A stretch of 63,815 nt of DNA, filler included, from Bigelowiella natans CCMP2755 (Eukaryota; Protista; Cercozoa), in the NCBI GenBank assembly GCA_000320545.1. It is 6 parts of 6 records of this genome, joined end to end, with 100 filler letters (N's around TTAATTAATTAA, not from the genome) between each part and the next. Parts side by side here need not be neighbours in the genome. Positions count along the whole stretch, not along the records: positions 1 to 18,590 come from ADNK01002415.1; positions 18,691 to 41,919 come from ADNK01001193.1; 4 more parts are not named here. The stretch is one strand, 5' to 3'. Position numbers and translations under genes: made by a program. This document shows positions 13,260 through 28,522 of the stretch, piece after piece; position 1 is the stretch's first letter, and every line of letters starts with the position of its first letter. The notes beneath the pieces were generated by a model that saw only the letters and a list, made by a program, of their open reading frames with translations, ran no database searches and had not been told where the DNA came from.

Positions 13260-15490
13260 ACTGTCACAACTCAATCATTGACAACATTGTTGTACCCATT
13301 CTGAAATTGACAGCACTTGCGCATTGTGCGGATGTGATGAAGTGATCAAATGTTTCCAATGGCGGTCATCCTGATGTGGTCATGCAAAGCAGCGGCCAAA
13401 GCGCTCAGGTTGTGTCTGTTTGTCTCGTCTGTCGTGTGTTTCATGCATGTGAAAGCATCTGCATCCTGCCAGCTTGTCGTCGGTGTTTTGCGGTGCGCGC
13501 AGCAGTTCGCACCTCTTTCTCAGCTTTGCCAGTTTGGTCAATTGTTTCGTGCACGTTGTCGTTTCGATTCAAAATGGCACTCAATTGGTTTCGCAACCTG
13601 AATTGTTGGTGTTGACATGCCGCACATTGAAGGAGGTCCACGTCTTTTGTGACACCACACTGGCACACTCATCACTTGTGGCATCTGCTTCCTCACGTTG
13701 TCCTGAGGACAACGTGAGTTTTCCAAGATTGCCAACCCCTGTCACAGATGACGCGCATCCGTGTGATGGCAATGCTTGGCAACTTTGATTTGACACCAGT
13801 GACATCTGACAGAGGGGTGAAAGAAAGCCAGGGTGTTTCAGCTGCACAGCAGCGCTCACGAGAAGTTTGGAGGGGCGTCATCGCACCTGTGCAATGCTCG
13901 TCCATCCTGAGATTCTTGCAACAATGAACAATGAGCAATGAACAAAGCGTTGATCAAATCCACATGCGCCAGAACCACGTGGGAGACAGTGAACAATGAA
14001 CAATGAACAAAGCGTTGAGCAAATCTGCACGCGCCAGAACCACGTGAGAGACAGGCGTTTGCATGCAGCAGAGCCTCAGCAACACTCGTTGTGAGGACTT
14101 GTCAGCACCCTGTTGGTGAAGAGACACAAAAAATCAGCTGCAACCCATCAGAGGCACACTCCAAGGCTGCGTGAAGGGATGAGAACACCATGGCTACTCA
14201 TCTGAAATGCCGGAGACGGAACAAGGGATGAAATTGGCATGGATGCCGATTGATGGTGCCGTTGCAATGCAAATTGGAAGGAACTAAAGCTGGCATCTTG
14301 GATGCCGAACAGCAGCAAAGTTGTCAAGCAGGACAATGGTTCGACGGAAAGCCCTGTCGATTTCTTTGTCAGTCGAAGGGACACCAGATGTGGCCCCCAA
14401 AGCAAGGCAGAACTTGTCATGAGAAGACATGGCTGAGAAAGCACGCAACAATGAACAATGAACAATGAACAATGAACAACGTGACAACATCATCATTGGC
14501 ATCAGGTTGATGACGAGACACCAGGTGACGAATCCTGGTCCAAAAACGGTCTCTGATGTCGCACGTTCCTTGACAGGAGAACAAAAGGTGTTTCAGGGAC
14601 ATGTCTTCGTGAGATTCGCACAAGGAGCACCAGCCCTCATGCTGCTCCAGTGCGAAGAATCTGGCAGCGAACTTCCAAAAGACACCGAACAATGAACAAT
14701 GAACAATGAACAATGAACAATGAAGAAAGCGTTGATCAAAACTGCATGCGCTAGAACCACATGGGAGAACAATGATGAAGAACTGCATTTCCAAAACGTG
14801 ATGAGACATTTGCAGTGTGCGAAACGCAGTGCCTCGAACTGACTTCAGTGAGGACCATCTGGTGAAACCAAAAGGAATCAAGAATGGCACTGTGGCCACT
14901 CCTCCGTTCCTAGTTTCATTGTTTTCAGTGCCAACTTCAGGACCACGCATCCCCAAATCCTGTCGTGATGGTTTGCTCATGCTTGGAGATCACCAAGCAA
15001 GAACACCACACCTGCGAACCCCAAGAGAACAATCCCATGGACCACACCTTCATGGTCTGCTTCATGCCTGCCACAACATCCCCAGCTTTTGCGGAGACAT
15101 TGCCCTCACTGGAAGGCATGAAGATGGAAGAGGATGCATTCTTCGTTCCTAGTCCATTTGGACAGCGAGCTTCGCAATGACCACACCATCCCCGGCTTTT
15201 GCGGAGACAAAGCCCCCATCAAGACAGGCAATGAACAATGAACAATGAAGAAAGCGTTGATCAAAACTACATGCGCCAGAACCACATGGGAGACAGGCAT
15301 TTGCACGCAGCAGAGCCTCAACAACACTCGTTGCAAGGACTTGGCATTTGCACGCCGAAGAGAAAGCACCGAGAACTCTCCTTCTCGGCATCATCAACGC
15401 GTTAATCATCGCCTTCTCTTGCGTGCGACTTCGCTTTTGTTCTGCCGGTGAGAACGAAACCAGGATGTTTTCTGACAACATCTTCCGCAC
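13260..15490 (-). mobile_element. Cluster of degenerate, truncated non-LTR (LINE-like) retrotransposon fragments, TpA-depleted
   Basis: The minus strand encodes a LINE C-terminal zinc-knuckle, WCSLCESHEDMSLKHLLFSCQGTCDIRDRFW (~14535-14635), and a post-RT-like motif, KVWSMGLFSWGSQVW (~15005-15050; cf. LLYGSEVW). Four copies of a common end module abut short tandem-repeat tails. Confidence 0.75.
13922..15350. repeat. Four dispersed copies of a module (AATGAAC)n-aaagcgttgatcaaa...gcgccagaaccac.tgggagaca, plus an isolated (AATGAAC)n array
   Basis: Copies at ~13922-13988, ~13990-14100, ~14687-14768 and ~15229-15345; extra heptamer array at ~14447-14479. Confidence 0.92.
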
Positions 15491-15563
15491 AAGCATCTGA
15501 TGTACTAGATCTACTGACAGATCTACTTTCGATTTTGAGCTCCATTTTTGTCAGATCGAGGAG

Positions 15564-19109
<3,546 letters not shown>

Positions 19110-20501
19110 AGACGATGGAGTTCATCGTGCCAAAGTATCATAATAGATTGAATGTGTACAAGAAGAAGGAGCAGAAGAAGGGCACCGGGCATTTGAGCAT
19201 CACTTCTAAGCTTCCACGTTTTAAAAAAGACACGTGTCAATTAGATAGGAAGACACATTTACATTCCTTGCTTATACAATACACATACTGTAAAGTACAT
19301 AATAAATGCTCACGGTGCATTAAATAGATCACCCCCATGTATTTCCTTTCCATCAATGCGCCAACGCACGTCTTCACGTGCTCGCCAGCCAAGGCAGGAT
19401 TAGCTATGTATTGCTGTAAAAGCACCGCATAAAGCATGTAGAGAGTTGCACCTAGCTTCATATTTTTGCCTAGCTACGCGAGCTTGACTGTATTTGGATA
19501 GACAAATAAGAATGAACCCCCTCTGCGGTTATAAACTGTGTGGCATCATTTAGTAAGCTATACAACAGCGCGTGCTGTGTTCGTTGTGTCATTGAGATAG
19601 ATACGATGCGGCAATTCAATGAGCAAAGATACTGTTATTTGTACATTATTATGATAATTATAGTGTAATTAAGGGGCGTGTGCTACCTGTCAGACGTATG
19701 CTATAGATATGCATGCAGTAGCGTTTACTGTACCTATTGTCCAAGCAATGACTACTAAGCTCTCTTTATGCTTCATCAGTTTGCTGGCTTGCGTGCGCGG
19801 TGCTATATGCTGCTTTTTATTGCACGCAACAGTACAGCTTGCTTAATCAGATATGTGCATGCAATTTCCACCTTGTGGCATCATTTAGACATTTTGTGGG
19901 CACTTAGCTTGCATCGATGTCAGTCAATATTATTTGCAATCTGCTGTATATGGAATGGTGTGTGGACGAGCGCCACCGTTTTTGCTATCTATCTTCCAGA
20001 TAGGATGTGATGATACCGACAACCTGCGTAGACATAGACATAGGGCAGAAGAAGAATCACTTGGCATTTAATCTTCATCGCACGCTTTCATTAATATCAT
20101 CTGTATTTCATTGCGAGGCATCCTCCCATGCAAAAGAGAAAGAGCATGTGGGCTGGATATGCAATAACGTTGATGATAAATTCACGATCGAGCATTAAAA
20201 TGATTTATGTCTGTTTCTTGTGTTCTGGGATGATATACATATGTAAACAATATATATATATATATATATATTTATATAAATAGATATCGGATCCACAAGC
20301 ACCTTCCTTCCAAAGCCAGCCAGCAGTATACTGACACTCTTGATCATACTGAATAACAAATTACATTCGGTGTTCTTCAGCAAGGTTGAACGGGTGAGAC
20401 CATGGCATCGCCCTTGATTATGCACTGGGCAGATCATTGATGTTGTTCGTTCGAAAATAGGAATGCAATTACTCTTTAGATTCCAACTATATTTCAATAT
20501 A

Positions 20502-20607
20502 TCATACAAAGTAGCACAACACGGCAAAACGTGATTCCTTGCTGCTGCATGTGTGCGGCGCTGTTAGTTCTCTCGGGGAATTCACCCTAAAAACTTTGCT
20601 AGTTTTG

Positions 20608-20649
<42 letters not shown>

Positions 20650-22076
20650 AAGTACCGCTGATGCTCCTCGGCAGCCACCTCCTCGTCGCATTTTGCCATG
20701 GTTTCTGGTTTTATTACATAGCAACGATGATGAAAGAATAATAATAATAATAATAGCCTTGTGTGTGTGTGTGTGTGTGGAATCTTTGCGATCGAAACCC
20801 GTTATTATCTCTAAAGCATATACTTCTGGCAATATCATTGCAGGTCCAAAAATTACTTTAGCGAATTATTACATCAAACGGCTAATAGCTAATAAGCCGA
20901 CACACTCTCCTAGCCTCTATTCTTCTCTCTACATTCGAAGATGCCCTTATGTTCTTCTACATGCTCCTTCTTCTTCTTCTTCTTCTACTACTACAACTAC
21001 TCCTACTCCAAGTACGATGCTAGCACCTTCATAACCATCCGTTGCACGGTCATCTATCTCGCCCTTATGTCGGTGAGCGTTGAAAGTATATAGGAGAAAA
21101 TGGGAAGAATTAAACAGAGGGAGGAATCATTTGCAAACTCCGATGCCGCTAAGGCCGCGAATACTGCATTTGTTGGCGCTCTCTCGTTCCTTGTTGATCT
21201 AGTTTCACCCCCCCCCCCCACACACACACACAAGTAGTACTACCAGTATGCTCTTGATACGATCTGGTGTAAGCAGAGGCTCTGAGGAATGCAGCTCCAA
21301 CAAACGACGCCAAACTGTCCGAACCTTTGCGAAGACGACGCGTGGGATGTGAGACGTACGGGGAACATCAAGACACATACGCACTTCAAGTATGACACGT
21401 TTGATTGCGTGCGTGTGTGTGTGTGTGTGTGCGTGTGTGTTGTCCTGACCCCCTCGGGATAGTCTTTCTCAGGTAAAGCTGTGGTTGCTGCAGAAGAAGG
21501 GGCTAGCGACGACGACGACGACGACGGATGAGATGGTGTTGATGAGGAGGACGACCCACCACTCCCTTTGGCCGTACGGCATCTGTGATGATGATAATGA
21601 TGATGATGATCATAATGATGACGATTTGATACTCTATTGGGTGAAAAATGACGTGTCATCTTAGAGATAAGAGCACCGCGGTGTTCTATACGCTGAAAGG
21701 CTAATTCACGGCGATTATAATTACGACAATGACAACGGAAAATGAAAGAGAAAAACAACCTCCACAGCTTCGGATTTATGCATGTCACTTTAGCTGCATC
21801 CAGGCCTACAGGTAGTAGTAGTAGTAGTGGTAGTAGTAGTAGTTATTGTGTGCACCATGACGATGATCAACGTAGCACAGAAAGCAGCAACGAGGAGTAA
21901 ATCAGAATAGGAAAAAATAGGGATGTACATATTCAGTTCTCCAAAAAATTCAAATGCCCGACGTTTACATTCAAATATTTTGCATAGTATTGATGTGGGG
22001 TTGCATCAGCAAAGTTGAGGACCAGGAACATTTTGCGACTGGAAGACTTTGAACAGCCTCTCTATTTCATTCTGTC

Positions 22077-22124
<48 letters not shown>

Positions 22125-22137
22125 ACAATACAGCGTT

Positions 22138-22192
<55 letters not shown>

Positions 22193-24071
22193 ATCGAATC
22201 TTTGAGTTCTGCGCAGATATCGTCATTCTCTCCTTCTAACGTCCATGCAAGCCAACAAGCACCATGTAGCAGTGCATAAACTACATAAGTGCAGCAGCAG
22301 TTGCAACCGTTGAATCCGTAAGAAGATGGCGATGCGACGTGAGAACAAGTGAGTAGCGCAGCAGCACACACATGTCCAAGATCCTTGTACATATAGGGAG
22401 TGTGGGGTCGCGAAGAAACAGCATAGTCACTACACGTGGAGAAATTAAAATTGTGTCGTTAGTGCTTCCTCACAAATCATAGGAAGATATGAACAATGTG
22501 AAATTTCTTATCTCCTCGTATCTCTCCCTTTCCTTCTTCTTCTTCTTCTTCTTCTTCTTCTTCTTCTTCTTCTTCCTATTGTGTGCGAATAATATCTCAT
22601 GTTTTGCTGCAACTTTAGGATGCAATGCTTCCAGAACACGGAGCTCTTCCAGTATTCCCTGATATGCGTAGTAAATAAGGAGACATGGGAGAGAGGTATA
22701 CATATGAGATTTCACCGAACAGCAACATCTTGTAGAGATGGGAAGAAATGGAAACGTGGTATGTGTAAATGTGAAAATGTGTTTGTGTGTAATTATGCAG
22801 TATATCGTATGGTTATGGATCTCATATGACGGCATCAATAGATCGCAAAAGATATCATAAACTTAGAGAGGGAGAAGGGCGAGAAGAGGAGGGGGAAGGA
22901 GGAGGAGGAGGAGGAGGAGGAGGAGGAGGAAGAAGATTAGTGTCTCCTACCATGTAGACTCTACGACCTCGGCAGGAGACCTTATCATGCGCAAATTATT
23001 GAAAAACAGCATCATCCCAACAAGACAAATATCAGCAAGAACTTTCCCCAACGTCCGTAAGAACAATACGCAAACAGACAGAAGCAGCCATCAGGTGTGC
23101 CTTTCTCCTGCTTATCTACACAGCCTCCTCCTCCTCCTCCTCCTCCTCCTCCTCACCTAATCGGCATTACGATGAGCGCTCGTTGCGGTGCGATTTCCTG
23201 TATCCCGGTCCAGAGAGGGTAAGTGTGTTCCATTCGGAGGATCTTCATAACCATACAGCGTCGTGCCCTTCCGCCGTCCTCCTCTTCCTTCGCTTTGGCC
23301 CCGGCGACAACGCGATCGATGCATCCTCTGGCTTTCACACGCATATTCTCCACCTCGCCTGCTGGAAGATGGAATCTTCACGACGATAAACCGCCAAACA
23401 AATAATAACCATATCTTAGCATTTATCGTGTTCGGAGCGCAAAGCAGCAGGCCACGTTAAAGCGCCGAGAATTAATGTGCGGATCGAATAGAGAGGTGCG
23501 TTGATGACCTCGGTCGTGAGAAGTAGTTTCTGCCCCTGATTCCTTGCAGGTGTAGATACCGCCAGTTCAACTTGAAGACGCGGTGGAGCTCCCAGAACCT
23601 TGTTGTTGTGTCGTACGTACGTAGCAGCAGAGGATGGAGTTTCAAATTATTCGAGATAACCAAAGAAAGATTACTAGCGCACGTGAGTTGTGTATTTCAT
23701 GCTGCGAGGTCATGCACGGCTATTATTACCCTTCGGGATTTTTGTCCTTTTTCTTCTCCATCCTCAATGGAAGAGATGCCGGCCTGAAGGAGACGAAATT
23801 TGTCAAAAAACACAGCGCTGGTGATATTCACAAATAGTAGTAACTGACCCTTTCCATACTGCTCCAGCCTGGACAAGAGCATGTGTTAACATCGACGTGC
23901 CTTAAAGGTGGTGGTGGTGGTGGATAAGGGAGAGAAGGAGTGGGGAGAAAAGTGGGAGAGGTGAAATGGTTTTTCCCACGTAGCACGCGACCATATGAGC
24001 GAATGAAAAGAACTCATAAACTCAACAGACACCAGCACAAAATAGAATTTCTTCAAATCAAACACAGGAAG

Positions 24072-24117
<46 letters not shown>

Positions 24118-24179
24118 ACTCGCACACACTCATCACATTTCATGATAATGATGATAATGATGATAATGATCATTATCAC

Positions 24180-24213
<34 letters not shown>

Positions 24214-24426
24214 CCACATACCGCTCCTGGGCACTCCAATGACAATGAGGAAGTTTTTCCCAGTCGTCTTTTTATCATTCTCACCCTCTAGTTTTCTCCA
24301 AGCCTTATTGACTTGTTCACCAATCCATCTAAACACACCCATCAACACAAATTGAAAAGGAGAATCATGTGAGGATGTGGAGTAGGAGGAGGCGGAGGAG
24401 GGGTAGAGCAGTGGGGGCAGCGCCAT
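20502..24426 (-). CDS. P-loop sulfotransferase-family protein (Sulfotransfer_3-like), multi-exon
   Basis: Spliced: NFLIVIGVPRS|GTSMLTHALVQAGAVWK|GPASLPLRMEKKKDKNPE|GFWELHRVFKLNWR...ALIVMPIR|SPAEVVEST...CINPKLWR. Contains the 5'-PSB motif GxPRSGTS and the 3'-PB motif RxPxxVxxS. The 3' end is uncertain. Confidence 0.8.
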
Positions 24427-24586
24427 TTAGTCAACAAACCTGTCTAGGTCAGCTCGATTTGGAAATTTTCTGCGTAGCTTTCCTCCGACCTTACATATAA
24501 CAATAACAGTGACACAGCGCCTTCTGAATTGGTGGACCGTATCAGAATCGAAAACACGCCCTCAGTGTCCGCGCTCGTCCAGCGCT

Positions 24587-24658
24587 CTAGACTGGGATTT
24601 CATATTTGTTCACATCTTTCACCTAGACCGGGATTTCATGTTTGTTCACGTCTTTCAC
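24587..24658. repeat. 36-bp tandem duplication (2 copies, 3 transitions)
   Basis: ctagactgggatttcatatttgttcacatctttcac / ctagaccgggatttcatgtttgttcacgtctttcac. Confidence 0.9.
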
Positions 24659-25511
24659 CTGCCAGGCCTTGACTTTCGCCTCCTTCCACTTTTCGATTCG
24701 TGCTTGATTCATTATCCTCGATTCTGAAATAGAAGCCCACTACTACCGCAAGGAAAACGCTGGCTTTCTGAGAGCTTCATACGAGCAACAGGTGTTCTGG
24801 GACAGAGAAGCCATTGTGGCGTCACGAAGGCCGTTCGGTTCTGCAATCGACAAAGTCCTCTTCGGGCTGTCGCTATTAGGATATACCCTAGATTTTAAAA
24901 ATTATAATCAAGTTTTCACTCGAAGCTTTTTGCAAAATAAAATTTCCCTACGTCTGCAAGTATCTGTTGTCGTAGAGAACTTTTGCTGGCCGATGAGATT
25001 GCTTGACCCTCGTACCACGAGATCTGAATGACGGGCAATACCCGGTATTCTCCGCGGCTTGGAGCGAGCAGTTTTCAATGTAATCTAGATCTAGATCTAG
25101 TCACAATTTTCAGCCAAGAACATCGTAACTCCGTGAAGGAACAGTTTGAATGTAATAAGAAAAGCTCTCCTTTACCAGTTCTTCCACTTACTAGCTTCTC
25201 TTTGGTGAAACCTGGCAAATATCACAGCGAAAAATAACCTAATCCAATGCGAAAGTGAAAATAAGCCGTTCGCCCACTTGAGACGGTACAATGAGTGATA
25301 AATTCGCAAGCGCATCGGTAGTATTACCATTAAAAAGTAGCTAGATGCTCGCCGTCTTGCAATGTCGGCGTGTAGAGAATTGGCACGACCGGGGACAGAG
25401 AAGAAAAAGAGAAAAAGAAAGGACAAGCCCCCCCGAACGTAACTCTCGATTAGCAATCCCTCGTAGCAACCTCGCAGGCAAGAACAAAGTCGAAACACCA
25501 TCCCCTTCTTG

Positions 25512-26271
25512 ATGTTGGTACACGCATTGATGTCGCTGATGGTGGTCGGCGCGAAGGGCAGTGGAACTAGTGCGAGGTCATCTGTTAGCAGCCGCCTGGC
25601 TTCGCGAACGCCATCAAGATCTTACTTGGGGACGAGAAGGAGAGCGCTGGACACCGTGAGAGAGAGGGGTGGTGGCAGGGGTAATACGATGAAGACCTTT
25701 GCAGCTGATCCATTAAGCGAGGTCGAAAACCTTATTATCGGAGCCGAGCGCAGCCTCCCGGAGTCTGCCAGAGAGAGCCTGTTGGATTTTGACAAGCAAG
25801 TCCTCCCGAACGAAATCCTCGATGCCATAAACATAGGTAAAACTAGGTCGCTGGCTTTCTCTCTGTAGCGGTGGTGGTAATGACTTGGGATTATTTGTGT
25901 GCACCACCAACCTCTCAGACCGGCTCTTAGAAGCTGATTTGGTGCTGGGACTTCTTGGAGCCGCATACCTTACCGCACGTCCGGGAGTGTTGCAAGGTGA
26001 ATCGTTCGCTTGTTGTCCCTGCTTGTTGAATTATGTTTGCAAAAATCGATGAGCTGCACCATTATTATCGTCGTCGTTGTCATCATCATCATCATCATCA
26101 CCACCACCACCACCACCCATCAATCATCAACGAGTGACCAACGAACATCTGTTGGCAGCCGCATTTGACAAGTTGGTTCGCACGCCCATATCTGTCGCAT
26201 CCGAGAAGCTTACGTTCAGGCTGAAAGCGGACGATATATCACTGACAAACCAAATAGGTATCTCACAGCAA

Positions 26272-26309
<38 letters not shown>

Positions 26310-27478
26310 GTGAATGAATTCCTGACTCCTCCCAATCTACACAATACATATTCCAACGAGGCGATGCTTGCCTCTTCTCAGAAGTAGATATTTATCGGAC
26401 TGTTGCAGCACATAGGCATTTTACTTTCTATTGCAATATTTTCCGCTCCAAACACACGTTGAACCTCTTCTCTTAGTGCCAATACAAGGAAGATGAGCAG
26501 CCCCTTTCTTCCTCTTCTTCCTCTTCTTCTACTTCTTCTTCTTCTACACCCCCTAATCCTTCATTCTTCTCACATCAGGTATGGGTGGTTTTGGAGCTGT
26601 TTACAAGGCCACACCGCGAACAAGAAGCCAGCTTGCTCAAGAGTTAGTCGTGAAGAAGGTGTGTGCGAGCGTTGGGGAGACGAGGAGCTCCTCGTTTTCA
26701 TCATCCTTCCAGCTGATGCCTTCCTCCCACCCCTGTATCATTTAGGTACGGTTGACCGAAGAATATGCACGCGAGGCCGGCGATGTGGAAATATACATGA
26801 ATCGGCGCGTAACCCGGGGTGCTCCAAACGCAGCAGCCCAGTTCCTTGGTAAAGTGGGATGCGATTGGAAACAAATGACTGATGAATGAATGCGCTACAA
26901 CACTGTTCGGTCCTTCCTCTTATAAACATATGCTTGCACTACTACTACTATCACTACTACTGCTGCTACCACTACTGCAACCAGGGACTGTGGACTATGG
27001 AACGGAAGGCTCGAGTACCTATCAGAGGTGTGATAATGGTGGGGGGGGGGATAGAAGGGAGAATTAGTTTGTTGCAGCAGTGGTAGCACAGTTGTTGTTG
27101 TTGGTGGTGTTGTTGTTGTTGTTGTCGGGAGAGGATAATGGGGAAATAGTAACGCTATTGTATATGCTCTGCGATTGGCGGAAGAGCCGCATCTACGATG
27201 GGGTAGTGGCCATTGTACATCAACGTGGTCCCTACTCGGTTGTTAAGAAGATTCTCATGAAAGAGAGATATGCGAAAAAGGACATCGTCATCAGCACTCC
27301 TATTCGCCCGTTTTCCTCCTCATCCCGTCCTTCTTTTACTCGTCGTCCTCCTCCTCCTCCTTCTCCCTTCTGTCCTTTCTTCAGGTGGTTGGTCTGGAAA
27401 TACGATGGGGAAGAGACGCTGGAGGTAAGATCGCAGCAGCATCTACCCGTTTTAGCAATTCAAGTTTGATGCACACGC

Positions 27479-27510
<32 letters not shown>

Positions 27511-28490
27511 GACTACTAGCATATATACAAGGCTGCTACCGCCCTCTATAAAGCAACGAGCATTAATCTAGTTGATCTGGCTATACTGTGGCCTTTTTGT
27601 AGATGATTAGCTCTGTGTACCCCGTTATTACCGATGCAGCCTGCAGGAACAATAAGAGTTTCGAACGACGATGATTGCATTATTAGGATGTCATAAAAGC
27701 CCGTGATTTCCCCCTTAACATGGAGGAGAGGCTTTTTGGAGGTAACCGTGAGGTGGTGTGCCCCTGCCCTCTGCGGAGCGGTGATTGTTCTGTGAATTCA
27801 ATTTTTTTTTAAATAAATTTTTATCATTGGCAGACCGTTTGAAGAATATGGATGTGGAGGACAAATGCCAGCTGGTCATATTGCGCAGCTTACGATAACA
27901 TTCTCAACGAAACCTGCAATTTTCTTCATTCTCCGCCTTGAATAATTAAATCCCCGTGATTACCCTTCCCCCCCCGGCCCTTCTTCCTCTCTGAACGTAT
28001 TCAACAAATATCTAGATCATCAAGAAGTTGATGTACCAGCTCATTTCGTGCTTGTCGAGTCTACACAGTATTGGAGTATGTATATGCGCTCATGCTACCT
28101 CCTGAGTTTGTGCAGTAGCAGCTTTAACAATGCCAACCACGCACACATCTACACTGCTTAGCAGTCTCATCGTTCTCCATCTCAGGTGTGCCATCGGGAT
28201 GTCAAGCCAGAAAATATCCTCGTAACCCCTTCTGGAGCTCTCAAAATGATTGACCTCGGTGCTGGCGTTGTTGTGGCTGCTGCTGCTGCTACTGCTGCTG
28301 CTGCTGCGAATGATGATGATAATAATGATGATAATGATGATGATGATGATGATAATGATGATGACGATGGTGATGATGATGATAATTGGGTATCCTTGTA
28401 TTGGTGTTGATGTTTGTGGAAACTGAGGACAACACACACTTTCTAAGTTCTCCCTGTCTCCCCTCCTCCCCATCCCCCTCACCTGCTTCT

Positions 28491-28522
<32 letters not shown>

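Noticed and set aside
13922-14720. (AATGAAC)n as interstitial telomeric repeat
   Set aside because: It has no G-run typical of telomeric repeats and is consistently attached to one element end.
13922-15345. Repeat-spacer-like pattern suggesting a CRISPR array
   Set aside because: Units are irregularly spaced and degenerate, in a eukaryotic context with LINE motifs and no cas genes.
13350-15496. Dense overlapping ORFs on both strands
   Set aside because: A by-product of losing TAA/TAG stops through TpA depletion; only LINE-derived fragments are recognisable.
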